Assembly (NCBI GenBank): GCA_041946805.1
Contig: JBHGBC010000003.1
Location: 63,149 to 127,148 of the forward strand
Source of the DNA: a bacterium
GTDB taxonomy: Bacteria > Hinthialibacterota > Hinthialibacteria > Hinthialibacterales > Hinthialibacteraceae
Direction: 5' to 3'
DNA: 64,000 nt
Below are positions 20,171-31,950 of this stretch, piece by piece (positions within the stretch are counted from its first letter, which is position 1; the number at the start of each line of letters is the position of its first letter). Made by a program: the position numbers and the translations under genes. The notes beneath the pieces are model-generated. The model had not been told where the DNA came from. It made no database searches and worked only from the letters and a program-made list of their open reading frames with translations.

Positions 20171-20602
20171 TCAGAGTTTGTATAAATCGTTCCCATTCAA
20201 CACGCGGAGGCCGTGCCCCTGGAGCACACGGAGGGCTTCATCCACTTTCTCGAAGCGGAATATCAAAATGGCTTTCTCGCCCGAGCGTTCGATAAAGCCA
20301 TACAAGTAACTGACATTGATTTTTTCTTGAAATAGAATATCCATCACCCCGGCCATGCCGCCGGGCGCGTCGGGGATTTCCACGGCGATCACTTCGGTGT
20401 CATGCACCGTGAACTGGTGCGCCCGCAGGATCTCGATCGCCCGGTCCACATCATTGACCACGAGGCGGATAATGCCGCAGTCATGGCTGTCCGCCAGCGA
20501 GATGACCCGGATGTTGATGGAATGCTCGGCCAATATCCGGGTGACCTCGGCCACCCGGCCGGTCCGATTCTCCACAAACACCGAAAGCTGGCGCATTTTC
20601 AT
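20171..20602 (-). CDS. Tandem ACT-domain protein
   Basis: QLSVFVENRTGR..E, then D.PGG; the double-ACT type often found with paaK. Confidence 0.9.
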   Translation of the reverse strand: MKMRQLSVFVENRTGRVAEVTRILAEHSINIRVISLADSHDCGIIRLVVNDVDRAIEILRAHQFTVHDTEVIAVEIPDAPGGMAGVMDILFQEKINVSYLYGFIERSGEKAILIFRFEKVDEALRVLQGHGLRVLNGNDLYKL

Positions 20603-21080
20603 GAAGGAAACCCAGTTGCCGTACGCATTCCCGCCGATGCCGCGCGCGGAAGGTTACGCCTGTCCGATAAAAAACGATCCTGCTCTCCTAAACCAAAGGA
20701 GGCCATCAGACGCTGATATTAAGATTACAAATCAAGTAATGTATAAGCGGCGAATAACATTACTGTTTTTGTATAGTATATTTAAACAATATTCTTTTCT
20801 TCACCCATTCACTTAACGCCGCCTATCATTTCAAATTTCGTGGGATTTGTGAATACCTCTCTCATAAAATGCTCCATATTTTGAAAAGATTTTTTCGCGA
20901 TGCTTTTATCATGAAAAGGGGATGTTTGGCAATCCACTGGGTATTACTTTCCCCTAACCAGGGATGCGGTAATAGCAGGGTGGACTCAAAGCGCGGCATT
21001 GCCCAATAAATCCACAACCTCTCTTTTCACTTCCCCCTTCCCTTTTATGGGCAAGGGGCCAGGGGTGAGGGTAAAAAAAA

Positions 21081-21285
21081 GGATCATCCGATAAGTGCGT
21101 AGCTGTTGAAATAAAATGGATTCCATTCACCCCGGGATGAGTCCGGATCCCCAGCTCCGGCCAAAATTCCCTCACCCTGATCCTCTCCCAGGAGGGGAGG
21201 GGATTTTGGGGGTGTTTTTCACCGGTGTATTCTAAGAGCAGTGGTCCGGTCATTGGATAAAAAGTACGCACTGGCCAGATGAGCC
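21081..21285. mobile_element. MITE family A, copy 1 (205 bp)
   Basis: TIRs GGATCATCCGATAAGTGCGTA and GGCTCATCTGGCCAGTGCGTA (rc); flanks AAAAAAAA / AGAAAAAA. Confidence 0.75.
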
Positions 21286-21506
21286 AGAAAAAAGATGTCC
21301 AGGTTGGTAAGCAAGGGCACGTTGCCACATGCCCTTCCTCGCTGCATCCCCGCTTGCGTGGGGATGACTCATTCTCACCGGAATGAGATGACCTCCTCGG
21401 GTGATGAAATAGCGGCAATAAGTTGACCTGTTGACATGGCTATCCAATCATGGAAAATCGTTTTCCTGGATTGGAAGACTGTTCACAGGAATGGGAAAGG
21501 GATTGA

Positions 21507-22946
21507 ATGCCAATGAAGGCCCATCGCGAATCAAATTCTATTTCATCCCGGGCTGGGATCGTCCTGAGTGTGTTATCGAGCATGTGGATGCTGCTTCTCG
21601 GTACAGCGGCCGCGGCCGAACCGATACGGCTGCATCCCGAGAATCCGCATTACTTCGAGTTCCGTGGAAAGCCCACGGTGCTGGTCACCTCGGGCGAGCA
21701 TTACGGGGCGGTGTTGAACCTGGATTTCGATTACCTCCCCTACCTGGACGAGCTGAAAGCCAAGGGGCTGAACCTTACCCGGACGTTTTCAGGCGCGTAT
21801 TGCGAGAATCCGGCGGCCTTCAACATTGAGAAGAATACCCTGGCCCCGTATCCGTTACGGTTGGTCTGTCCCTGGAAACGAAGTTCCCTGCCAGGGTATT
21901 TCAATGGCGGGAACAAGTTTGATTTGAACACGTGGGACGATGAGTACTTCCGGCGGTTGCGGGATTTCGCCGCCCAGGCGGGAAAACGGGGGATCGTGGT
22001 GGAATTGGTGTTGTTCTGCCCGTTTTATGGCGAAGAAATGTGGAAACTCTCACCCATGAACGCAATCAACAATATCAACGGCTACAGCACGCTGGCCCGC
22101 GACGAGGTGTACGCTCTGAAAGACGAAAAACTGACCGAAGCCCAAGAGGATATGGTCAAACAGATCGTGCGGGAGCTTAAACACCTAGACAACCTGTTTT
22201 ATGAAATCTGTAACGAACCGTATTTCGGCGGAGTGACGAGGGAATGGCAGAACCACATCATCGATACCATCGTTGCCGAAGAATCGTCTTATCAGCACCG
22301 CCACCTGATCGCCCAAAACATCGCCAACGGCAGCGGCGTGATCGAAAATCCCAATCCCCACGTCTCCCTTTTCAACTTTCATTACGCCTATCCGCCCGAT
22401 GCCGTGGCGCAGAATTTTCATCTGAACAAGGCGATCGGGTATGATGAAAGCGGCTTCAGCGGCAACAGTGACACCAAATACCGGGGCGACGGCTGGGCGT
22501 TTCTGATGGCCGGGGGTGGTTTGTATGACAACCTGGATTACTCGTTCACCCCGGATTACGAAACCGGCACCGCCAGCCAAAGCGCGCCCGGTGGAGGCAG
22601 CCTCGCCCTGCGCCAGCAACTCAAGATTCTGAAGGACTTTATCGAGGATTTTGATTTCATCCGCATGAAACCCGATCCCTCCGTGATCACGGGTATCGAG
22701 GGCGATCCCAAAATCCGCGGATGGTGCCTGGCGGAAGCCGGCCAAGCGTACGCCTTCTACGTGCGTTTCGGCAGCCAGGCGAAGATCCGCTTGAATATTC
22801 CCCAAGGATCCTACCAGGCGGACTGGATCGACACCCTGACCGGCAAAGTCAAGCAGAGCGAAAAGGTGAATCATCCCGGCGGGGAAATGATCCTGGAATC
22901 ACCGGAGTACGTGGATGACATCGCCTTGCGGATCAAAGCGCGGTGA
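21507..22946 (+). CDS. Secreted glycoside hydrolase-like protein (clan GH-A-like TIM barrel with C-terminal beta domain)
   Basis: Signal peptide; EICNEP acid/base motif; YDESG putative nucleophile. Confidence 0.7.
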   Translation: MPMKAHRESNSISSRAGIVLSVLSSMWMLLLGTAAAAEPIRLHPENPHYFEFRGKPTVLVTSGEHYGAVLNLDFDYLPYLDELKAKGLNLTRTFSGAYCENPAAFNIEKNTLAPYPLRLVCPWKRSSLPGYFNGGNKFDLNTWDDEYFRRLRDFAAQAGKRGIVVELVLFCPFYGEEMWKLSPMNAINNINGYSTLARDEVYALKDEKLTEAQEDMVKQIVRELKHLDNLFYEICNEPYFGGVTREWQNHIIDTIVAEESSYQHRHLIAQNIANGSGVIENPNPHVSLFNFHYAYPPDAVAQNFHLNKAIGYDESGFSGNSDTKYRGDGWAFLMAGGGLYDNLDYSFTPDYETGTASQSAPGGGSLALRQQLKILKDFIEDFDFIRMKPDPSVITGIEGDPKIRGWCLAEAGQAYAFYVRFGSQAKIRLNIPQGSYQADWIDTLTGKVKQSEKVNHPGGEMILESPEYVDDIALRIKAR

Positions 22947-22978
22947 GGGAAGGACAATCAACCGGGGAGAAAACGAGC

Positions 22979-23311
22979 ATGTCCAACTCATCCGGACATA
23001 ATACGGATTTTGTGCACGTAGTATTTTTCTGGCTGAAACCCGGAACGCCGCCCGGCCGGATTCAATCCATGGTCGAGGATTGCAAAACCTGCCTGGGCTC
23101 GATCGAGACGGTCAAGGACCTGAAGGTGTGCCGTCCGGCGGGCACGGCCCGCAACGTGGTGGATAACAGCTACGATGTCTCCCTGGTGGTCTCGTTCGAA
23201 AACCGGGAAGGGCACGATTACTATCAAATGGCCAAGCGGCACATGGAGTTCATCGAGAGGAACAAGGAACTCTGGGAGCGGGTGCAGGTGTACGACATGA
23301 TCCCGCATTAA
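22979..23311 (+). CDS. Dabb family stress-responsive A/B barrel protein
   Basis: FVHVVFFWLK...YQ...H..F...W..V.VYD. Confidence 0.85.
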   Translation: MSNSSGHNTDFVHVVFFWLKPGTPPGRIQSMVEDCKTCLGSIETVKDLKVCRPAGTARNVVDNSYDVSLVVSFENREGHDYYQMAKRHMEFIERNKELWERVQVYDMIPH

Positions 23312-23339
23312 GTGAATGCCTTGATTCGCCCGGGAATCC

Positions 23340-24086
23340 TTACGGATTGGCAGCCTCACCCACAGGGGGAATTTTGTCCCGCGCCACGAGGAGAATCTGG
23401 GTATTGAGAAACCGTCCCAAGGGCTTGAACGGCAAGCCCGTGACCCGCAGGGACGCGAAATGCTTGCGGATTTCAGCCATGGTATGCCGGTAGTCGTAAC
23501 CCTTATGCAGGGAAATGCTGGGCCGGGGAATCCGGTCAAGCCTCCCCAAAAACGCGTTCCATAGCTCCTTCCAGGTGTAGGCCCCCCGGTAACCGCCAAA
23601 ACAGATTTTCGCCACGCTTTGCTTCAGCAGCACCGTCAAACCCATTTCGATGGGGACGGAGACGATCAGCGTTCCGTCGTCCCGGAGAATCCTTTTCAGT
23701 TCCCCGACGGCGAGCGCTTCCCCCTCCACATGTTCGAGCGTTTCCAGGCAACAGACGACATTGAACGACTGGTCCCGGAAGGGCAGATGGCGCAGATCGC
23801 CCTGAATGCCGGCGGCGTGATCGGATTCCAGCCGGGTTTGCAGCGTCCGCAGCGCCTGGAAATTGTGATCCGAACCCACCGCGAAGGCGTAATGGCCCCC
23901 GGCGCGGACCAGCAGTTCGCCGTCTGAACAGCCCGCGTCCAGCAGATGGACATCGGGACCGAGCGGGGCGTTCGCCAGCGCCTCGCGGATATGGGCGGCG
24001 TGCACCCAGTTCATCACCCGGTGGCGGCTGTGGTACAATTGCCGGGAATGGCCCGCCGGGTCGTAATGGAATGTAGACTTGGGCAT
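23340..24086 (-). CDS. Class I SAM-dependent methyltransferase
   Basis: LLDAGCSDG, LPF.D.SF and ETLEHV. Confidence 0.85.
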   Translation of the reverse strand: MPKSTFHYDPAGHSRQLYHSRHRVMNWVHAAHIREALANAPLGPDVHLLDAGCSDGELLVRAGGHYAFAVGSDHNFQALRTLQTRLESDHAAGIQGDLRHLPFRDQSFNVVCCLETLEHVEGEALAVGELKRILRDDGTLIVSVPIEMGLTVLLKQSVAKICFGGYRGAYTWKELWNAFLGRLDRIPRPSISLHKGYDYRHTMAEIRKHFASLRVTGLPFKPLGRFLNTQILLVARDKIPPVGEAANP

Positions 24087-24422
24087 GGTACGTATTCTTC
24101 TCCAACCAATAGCAGCCAGATTGTACCATGATCCACCGATCGGCATAAGCGATGAAAGAAGGATGGATTCGCGAAGCGAAATCCATCATGGGCTTTTGCA
24201 GAGGCGGATCCTGGTGTCCGCCCGGATTGAGCTGGGTTCCAGCCCCTCCTCTTCTTCTCCGTGTCCTTCCGGGAGAAGGCCGGGGTGAGGAATGGGAGGG
24301 CGAACCTCCCAGTGAACCATGTCCTGATAGCGCAGTCATCCCGCCTGCATTCGATAGGGGCGGCCGGGGGACCGGCCGGTTTTCTCTCCCTCCGGCGCCG
24401 GTTTCCATTGTTCGTGGTTTTT

Positions 24423-25673
24423 TCATAGTTCGGGGGATTTATCGGCAGGCTCCATCGTTCCGGCGTCCCGGAAACAGCCGTACAGCATCCCCATGAAGCA
24501 CCAGGTGAAGAGGTGGACATGGACACCATGGATGAGGAACGACATGACCAGCGTGGTCAGGCTCACGAACGCGGCCCGGAGGAACCGCGTTTCCCCGGAA
24601 TGGAAACGCGATTGACGCTGGGCGTCATACCATCCCCAAAACAAGCGTCCTCCGATCCAACTGAAGGCCAGACCGCCGAGGATGCCGGTTTCGGCCAGCA
24701 ACCGCAGTAAAGTGGAATTCGGCTCTCCCGCGGGACCGGCGGATTCGGGATACGCCCAGGCCAGGTATGCTTCATACTGGCCGGGACCCACACCGAAAAA
24801 GGGATGCGCGGCGAACACGGCCAAGGCGCTCAATCCTCTCTCCACAAAATCGGGAGAGATTATATTCCTTACCCCGGCCGTGACCGTGTCTCCGATGCCA
24901 AAATCCCTTCCCTGAAGCAGGTGCAACAGGGCCACGGCGGCCAGGGGAGCCAACCAAAGGATCAACTCCCGGTTGATCAGACGGAACGCCGCACAAAGCG
25001 TCACCGTCAGGAAGAGTAAGGTGATAGCGCCGCGGGAACCGGTCATCAATCCCAATCCCAGGCCCAGGAGAAAGATACCGGCCCACCATCCCTCTTCCCG
25101 GGAGGTGTCCGATTGCTGAAACGCCACGAGCGCGAAGGGGAGAATCCAAGCTAAAAAGATCCCGAAAAAGCCGGCCTCCGCAAAACCTCCGCAGGCGGAA
25201 GGGGCCGTTCCGACGGTCCATGGCTGGATCTGGAAAACGGCCAGGAAAAGAGCGGCCAGCAAGCAGGCCTTGAAAGGAAAAATCACATACGGATTCAGAT
25301 TGGGTTGTGGCCAGTACAAGCCCACGAAATAAGCAGCCGCCGCGTATGCCAGCCAAGCCGCCGTGGTTTGAAGGGCGGAATCCGGATGTAGGCAAAGCAG
25401 GCTGGATGCCAGGAACGAAGCCAACAGAAAAACAAACCCAGTCAGCCATTCCCGGTGGATTTGACGGGATAAGGCCAGGCGGAGCCCGGCGCTGCAGAGA
25501 AACACCGTCAAAGCGGCCGCGGGCAGGGGTATGGCGGCGCCCGGAAGGGGAATCCGCTCCGTTTCCAGGGTGCTCAGGAAGGCGAGGGCGCCGATGCCCA
25601 AAATGGGAAAAGCCGCGCACATCACCGCGAGGCCGGTCCAGATCAGGACAAGAAGCAGATAAAGAATCATCAT
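24423..25673 (-). CDS. O-antigen ligase family membrane protein
   Basis: About 11 TM segments; TGSRGA; HPFFGVGPGQY; N..L.LLAETGILG. Confidence 0.75.
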   Translation of the reverse strand: MMILYLLLVLIWTGLAVMCAAFPILGIGALAFLSTLETERIPLPGAAIPLPAAALTVFLCSAGLRLALSRQIHREWLTGFVFLLASFLASSLLCLHPDSALQTTAAWLAYAAAAYFVGLYWPQPNLNPYVIFPFKACLLAALFLAVFQIQPWTVGTAPSACGGFAEAGFFGIFLAWILPFALVAFQQSDTSREEGWWAGIFLLGLGLGLMTGSRGAITLLFLTVTLCAAFRLINRELILWLAPLAAVALLHLLQGRDFGIGDTVTAGVRNIISPDFVERGLSALAVFAAHPFFGVGPGQYEAYLAWAYPESAGPAGEPNSTLLRLLAETGILGGLAFSWIGGRLFWGWYDAQRQSRFHSGETRFLRAAFVSLTTLVMSFLIHGVHVHLFTWCFMGMLYGCFRDAGTMEPADKSPEL

Positions 25674-25908
25674 GGGTCCAAGAATATCGTATCCCGGGAT
25701 AGTCCAGCGAATTGCGAAGATTGTCAACCTGGCGCAATTGGGAATTGCGGAGTGGATGGATCAGGCCATTTTGGCGCATCCGGTATGTCCAATCACTCCG
25801 GGGTACTGCGATACAGGATACGCCAAGACCTGGCAAAGGAATCTATAAGCCCTTGCAAATCAAATCAATAGAAGATACCGAGCACCATGGGAAGTGATAG
25901 GGATGGGT

Positions 25909-25925
25909 TTGGCATTGACATTGCT
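25909..25925 (+). promoter_or_regulatory. Putative sigma-54 (-24/-12) promoter of groES-groEL
   Basis: TTGGCATTGACATTGCT has GG-N10-GC and matches TGGCA-N6-TTGCW, about 70 bp upstream of the ATG. Confidence 0.6.
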
Positions 25926-25997
25926 GTATATGCACAAAGGCATAATAATAGCCCATCATTTACATGCTCAATGGAATATAGAAAGGAGTTTCGGGTC

Positions 25998-26285
25998 ATG
26001 GCAGTAAAGCCACTCGGAGACAGAGTTCTCGTCAAGCGGTTGGAGGAAAAAGAGGAGAAAAAGGGGGGCATCATCATTCCGGACACGGCCAAGGAAAAGC
26101 CCCAGGAAGCTGAAGTGATTGCGGTCGGTCCCGGCCGGCGCGGCGAGGATGGCAAGCACATTGCCATCGAACTGAAGAAGGGAGACAAGGTTCTGGTGAG
26201 CAAGTACGGCGGAACCGATGTGAAAATCAATGGGGAAGAGCACGTCATTCTGCGGGAAGACGATATTCTGGCGGTGGTCGACTGA
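25998..26285 (+). CDS. groES: Co-chaperonin GroES
   Basis: [31 protein letters not shown]. Confidence 0.97.
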   Translation: MAVKPLGDRVLVKRLEEKEEKKGGIIIPDTAKEKPQEAEVIAVGPGRRGEDGKHIAIELKKGDKVLVSKYGGTDVKINGEEHVILREDDILAVVD

Positions 26286-26340
26286 TTCATCTACACCCCC
26301 CGGATTCACATCGTGTTTCACGGAAAAGATGTACATATAA

Positions 26341-28002
<1,662 letters not shown>

Positions 28003-28048
28003 ATCCGCGCCGTCTCCTCCGTGGTCCTGGTTCATTCGTTTCGAACGC

Positions 28049-28078
28049 AAAAAGCCGTCTTTTCCAGACGGCTTTTTT
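28049..28078 (+). terminator. Rho-independent terminator after groEL
   Basis: AAAAAGCCGTCT-TTTCC-AGACGGCTTTTTT. Confidence 0.9.
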
Positions 28079-28350
28079 ATTGAACATGCTTTTTCTACAC
28101 GCTTTTCCGGCACCTTCGGATATCGAAACGTCCCGAAGCCACCACCGGGCAGAGTGACACGCGCCGATTCCCAATGAATCCTGAAAACCACCTTCCCTCC
28201 TTCCATGAAGCCATATCCGGCGTGCGGGGGGGGAGTCTCCCTAGTCCCGGGAATCACCGCCGCGGTACAGTACTGACTGGCAGCGCGCCTAGGGAACCTG
28301 TCTGTCCCGGACGCGGATTTTTCATCCCGACGACGATGGAGTATCCAACC

Positions 28351-29472
28351 ATGAAATCCACGATTCCCCGCTTACCGCTTCGATCCGCGGGACCGGTTTT
28401 TCTCCTTCTCCCGCTTTTGGCCATGACCGGCGCGGCGCAAACTACGGGACCCGCGGCAGGACCGGAGCAATTGTTGCTCAAGGATTACCACCCCCGATCG
28501 ATCTACGAAATCCCTCAAACCCGGGTGGAAAAGGCCCGGTTTGCGGTGATCGACATGCATTCGCATGCGTACGCCAAGACGGAAACCGACGTCGACGCGT
28601 GGGTGCGCGGCATGGACGCGGCGGGCATTGAAAAAACGGTGATCTTGTCGGGCGCCACGGGCAAGGCTTTCGACGGGATTTTCGCCCGGTACAAGGCGCG
28701 GCATCCGGACCGTTTCGAAGTCTGGTGCGGATTCGATTATACCGGGTACGGCCAGCCGGGATACGGGCCGGAGGCGGTGGCCGAATTGGAGCGTTGCCGC
28801 CGGGCCGGGGCCACTGGTGTGGGCGAGATCATCGACAAAGGCCGGGGATTGCGCGCCCAAACCGTCAGTATGCACCTCGACGATCCGCGCATGGATCCCC
28901 TTCTCGAGAAATGCGCCGATCTCGGCTTGCCCATCAATATCCATGTGGGCGAGGACCGGTGGATGTACGAGCCGATGGATGGGACCAACGACGGCCTGAT
29001 GAACGCCTTCCAATGGAAAATCCCGAGGGAAGCAGGCGTTCTCACGCATGATGAAGTGCTGGCCACCCTGGAAAACGCGCTCCAGAAGCACCCGCGTGTG
29101 ACCTTCATCGCCTGCCATCTCGCGAACTGTTGCGCGTGTCTGGGAAAATTGGCGGATTGGTTCGACCGGTATCCGAATCTGTACGCCGACAATTCGGCGC
29201 GGTACGAAGAGACGGCCCCCATCCCGCGTTTTGTCTCCCGTTTTTATGACAAATACCAGGACCGCCTCCTCTACGGGACGGACATGGGGACCGATGTGGA
29301 GATGTACCGCACCACGTTTCGCATTCTGGAGACCGGGGACGAGCATTTCTACCCGGAAACCCTGGGCAATTATCACTGGCCGCTGCACGGTTTTGGGTTG
29401 CAAGACGGCGTGCTCGAGAAGGTGTACCGCGGGAATGCCCTGGGGATTTTGCCAAACGTCAAACGGCCTTGA
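28351..29472 (+). CDS. Secreted amidohydrolase family 2 protein
   Basis: IDMHSH, IH, CH and LYGTD; signal peptide. Confidence 0.85.
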   Translation: MKSTIPRLPLRSAGPVFLLLPLLAMTGAAQTTGPAAGPEQLLLKDYHPRSIYEIPQTRVEKARFAVIDMHSHAYAKTETDVDAWVRGMDAAGIEKTVILSGATGKAFDGIFARYKARHPDRFEVWCGFDYTGYGQPGYGPEAVAELERCRRAGATGVGEIIDKGRGLRAQTVSMHLDDPRMDPLLEKCADLGLPINIHVGEDRWMYEPMDGTNDGLMNAFQWKIPREAGVLTHDEVLATLENALQKHPRVTFIACHLANCCACLGKLADWFDRYPNLYADNSARYEETAPIPRFVSRFYDKYQDRLLYGTDMGTDVEMYRTTFRILETGDEHFYPETLGNYHWPLHGFGLQDGVLEKVYRGNALGILPNVKRP

Positions 29473-29535
29473 ACATCAAGTTATTTGGGAAATAGTCATT
29501 GACCCGCCCCGGGATTCCACTGCCTGGATTCTGAT

Positions 29536-30741
29536 TCAGTTATTGAATCTCCATTTGTTGATGCTCGAGCCGCGGCTGGGGCGCACGGTGCCCTTGGCGC
29601 GTGTGGCGGTTTGCGCGGGGGTAAGATCGGGAGTCCCGGAGGACCCCTGGACGGATGCCGGCTGGGCGCCGGGAGGTTGATCCGGGGCCGCGGTGGCGGA
29701 TTCGATAGTGACGTTCGCGGGTTGATTCTCCATGGGGGCAGTGGCGGGGGCAACCGCCGCGGGAGCGGGCTGGGCCGGTTCCCCGTCCCGGATGACAGAG
29801 GGTTTCTCCCCGGATTGGGATTGGATCGGCGCTTGGGTGGCGTTGGGCTGGAGCAGTTCCTCAAACACGGCGGATTCAATTTCGATGCCCTCGCCCGGAA
29901 GCCGTATGACCGGTGTGATGTGGAAAATAGTTTCGGTCAGGCGGCGTTTCTTGTTGAATCCGCGCAGGAAAAAGCCGATGCCGGGCAGGTCTCCGATGAT
30001 GGGGACCTTGCGGGTCATGTCGCCCGTGCTGTCGGTGTACAACCCGCCGATGTACAGCTTCTGCGACGAGGGGACACAGACCACGGTCTTGATGTTCCGT
30101 TTGGTGATAACAGGCAGTTCATAGCGTTTCCGGTCGCCCCGGTCGAAGGTGGTGATGCGGGAAATTTCGCTGGATTCGATCTCCAGGTTCATGATGATCA
30201 AGTCATCCCGGAAAATGCGGGGCGTGACGATGAGCTTGATGCCCGCCGGCCGGTATTGGGTTTGCAGTTTGGTGATGTTGCCCATCATGGAGAGCACGGT
30301 GATGGGGACGGATTCGCCGGCGGTGATGTTGGCGGTTTCGCCGTCCGCGGTTACCAGCCGCTGGTTGCTGATCACGGTCGCCCGGCCCTCCTCGATGGCG
30401 GTCTTGATGTTGTAGTCAATTGTGCCGTAGGACAATTTGGCGAAGGTGCCGGATAAATCCAGCGCTCCGATGGCCTTCTCTTTCACGTTCTCGGTTCCCG
30501 GCAGAAAGATATCGCTGTTCTGGACCGAACCGGACGTGCGGTTGTATTGATAGAAGATCCCCAGCTGCTTTTCACCATCCAGCCGGTATTCGTAAATATC
30601 CGCCGAAATCTCGATGATCGGCCGGGGGCCTTGCGCTCCGGCGATGGGGATGAATCCCCCCGATAGAAGCAGGACAGCCGCCATCCATCCCGTTCCGGTG
30701 ATTGGCAACCTGATTGGATTATACGATGGAAAAATCATCAT
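29536..30741 (-). CDS. Secretin-domain protein lacking N-domains, with Pro/Ala/Gln-rich tail
   Basis: DGETANITAGESVP, GIKLIVTPRI, IGGLY, KVPIIGDLPGIG and ITPVI directly after the signal peptide. Confidence 0.85.
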   Translation of the reverse strand: MMIFPSYNPIRLPITGTGWMAAVLLLSGGFIPIAGAQGPRPIIEISADIYEYRLDGEKQLGIFYQYNRTSGSVQNSDIFLPGTENVKEKAIGALDLSGTFAKLSYGTIDYNIKTAIEEGRATVISNQRLVTADGETANITAGESVPITVLSMMGNITKLQTQYRPAGIKLIVTPRIFRDDLIIMNLEIESSEISRITTFDRGDRKRYELPVITKRNIKTVVCVPSSQKLYIGGLYTDSTGDMTRKVPIIGDLPGIGFFLRGFNKKRRLTETIFHITPVIRLPGEGIEIESAVFEELLQPNATQAPIQSQSGEKPSVIRDGEPAQPAPAAVAPATAPMENQPANVTIESATAAPDQPPGAQPASVQGSSGTPDLTPAQTATRAKGTVRPSRGSSINKWRFNN

Positions 30742-30773
30742 GTCTCGCTCATACCCTCCGGCGCCGCCGTCCG

Positions 30774-31886
30774 TTATTGCGGCGAAGCCCGGTCGATGAA
30801 AAGCTCCCGGAAGTTTTCGAAGGGGCTGGTTTTGGTGTTGATTTCCTTGGACCGTTCATCCAGCAGTTCCCGGATTTTCTTGGCGTCGAGTTCGGGATCT
30901 TCCACCGTTTCCCCTCCCACCGGCTGGCCGTAGAGATCCAGCAGGGTGGGTTTGATGATTACATAAAGTTGGGAGATCCGGTTGCCGTCGCTGGTGCCTT
31001 TGAACAAGCGTCCCATGACCGGAATATCCTTGAGGATGGGAATCCCGCGCATCTGGTTGGTCTGCTGGTCACGATAGTGGCTGCCGATGATAACCCGTTG
31101 GTCGGCGCGCACGCACAGACGGCTATGATAGTTGCGGCTGTCAAGGATCGGCTGGGTGAATCCTTCTTCCTCCCGGTACCGCGACACACTCGACAGGTTG
31201 GCGGTGATGTCCAGCCAGATGAAGGGTTTCTGGCGGAGCACGTCCATTTCGCCGAACTCCACCGTGGGGGTCATTTCCAGGGAAACGCCGGTGTTGCGGA
31301 ATTCGGTGGTGAAGGTTTCGCTTTCGCCCACCACCTGCCGTTCCAGAAACGGGACATCTTCCACGTTCTCGAGACGGGCGGGTATGCCTTCCAGGGTGAG
31401 GAGATTGGGATTGGCATGTACCGTGACTTTCTGGTCTTCGGCCAGTGCCTGGAAAACGGCCTCGACCCGCCCCTCGTCCCCTTCGAAGATATTGGTGACG
31501 ATGTTCGCCCCGGCGGGCAGCAGTTCGTTCCGGTTGCCGCTGCCCAGAACACTCAGGTCGCTTTCGATCACGGGATCGCCGGCCAGGTTGGCGCCCTGGA
31601 ATTCGCCTACTTCGCCCAAAATATCGTATATGAATCCGATCTTGTCTTCGTTGCGTAGAAAGACCTCAAAAATAATGACTTGCAGCAAAACCTGGTACGG
31701 CCCTTCCTTGACATTCTTCTTTTGTTCGACGATTTGATTCAATTGGTCATTCGTAAGATTACCCTTGTCATCGCGGGTTATAGGCGGTTGTTGAGCGGGG
31801 GACCAGCCACTCGTGAGCAGGAGAAGGCCAAACCACATCAGTACTCCAAAGGCCCGATGGCGTAGAGACAAACGTATCTTCATCAT
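30774..31886 (-). CDS. Secretin-domain protein lacking N-domains
   Basis: QVLLQVIIFEV, ANPNLLTLEG, GVSLEMTP, GIPILKDIPVMGRLFK and IKPTLL. Confidence 0.85.
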   Translation of the reverse strand: MMKIRLSLRHRAFGVLMWFGLLLLTSGWSPAQQPPITRDDKGNLTNDQLNQIVEQKKNVKEGPYQVLLQVIIFEVFLRNEDKIGFIYDILGEVGEFQGANLAGDPVIESDLSVLGSGNRNELLPAGANIVTNIFEGDEGRVEAVFQALAEDQKVTVHANPNLLTLEGIPARLENVEDVPFLERQVVGESETFTTEFRNTGVSLEMTPTVEFGEMDVLRQKPFIWLDITANLSSVSRYREEEGFTQPILDSRNYHSRLCVRADQRVIIGSHYRDQQTNQMRGIPILKDIPVMGRLFKGTSDGNRISQLYVIIKPTLLDLYGQPVGGETVEDPELDAKKIRELLDERSKEINTKTSPFENFRELFIDRASPQ

Positions 31887-31950
31887 TCCAATCTCACAAC
31901 TTGATATGGATGCGTTCTTTCAGGAGTCAAGGAAACATGGAGTTTCTCCG

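Noticed and set aside
20954..21418. 154-aa ORF in the intergenic region
   Set aside because: It runs through MITE, boxC and REP repeats, and the translation has no protein-like features.
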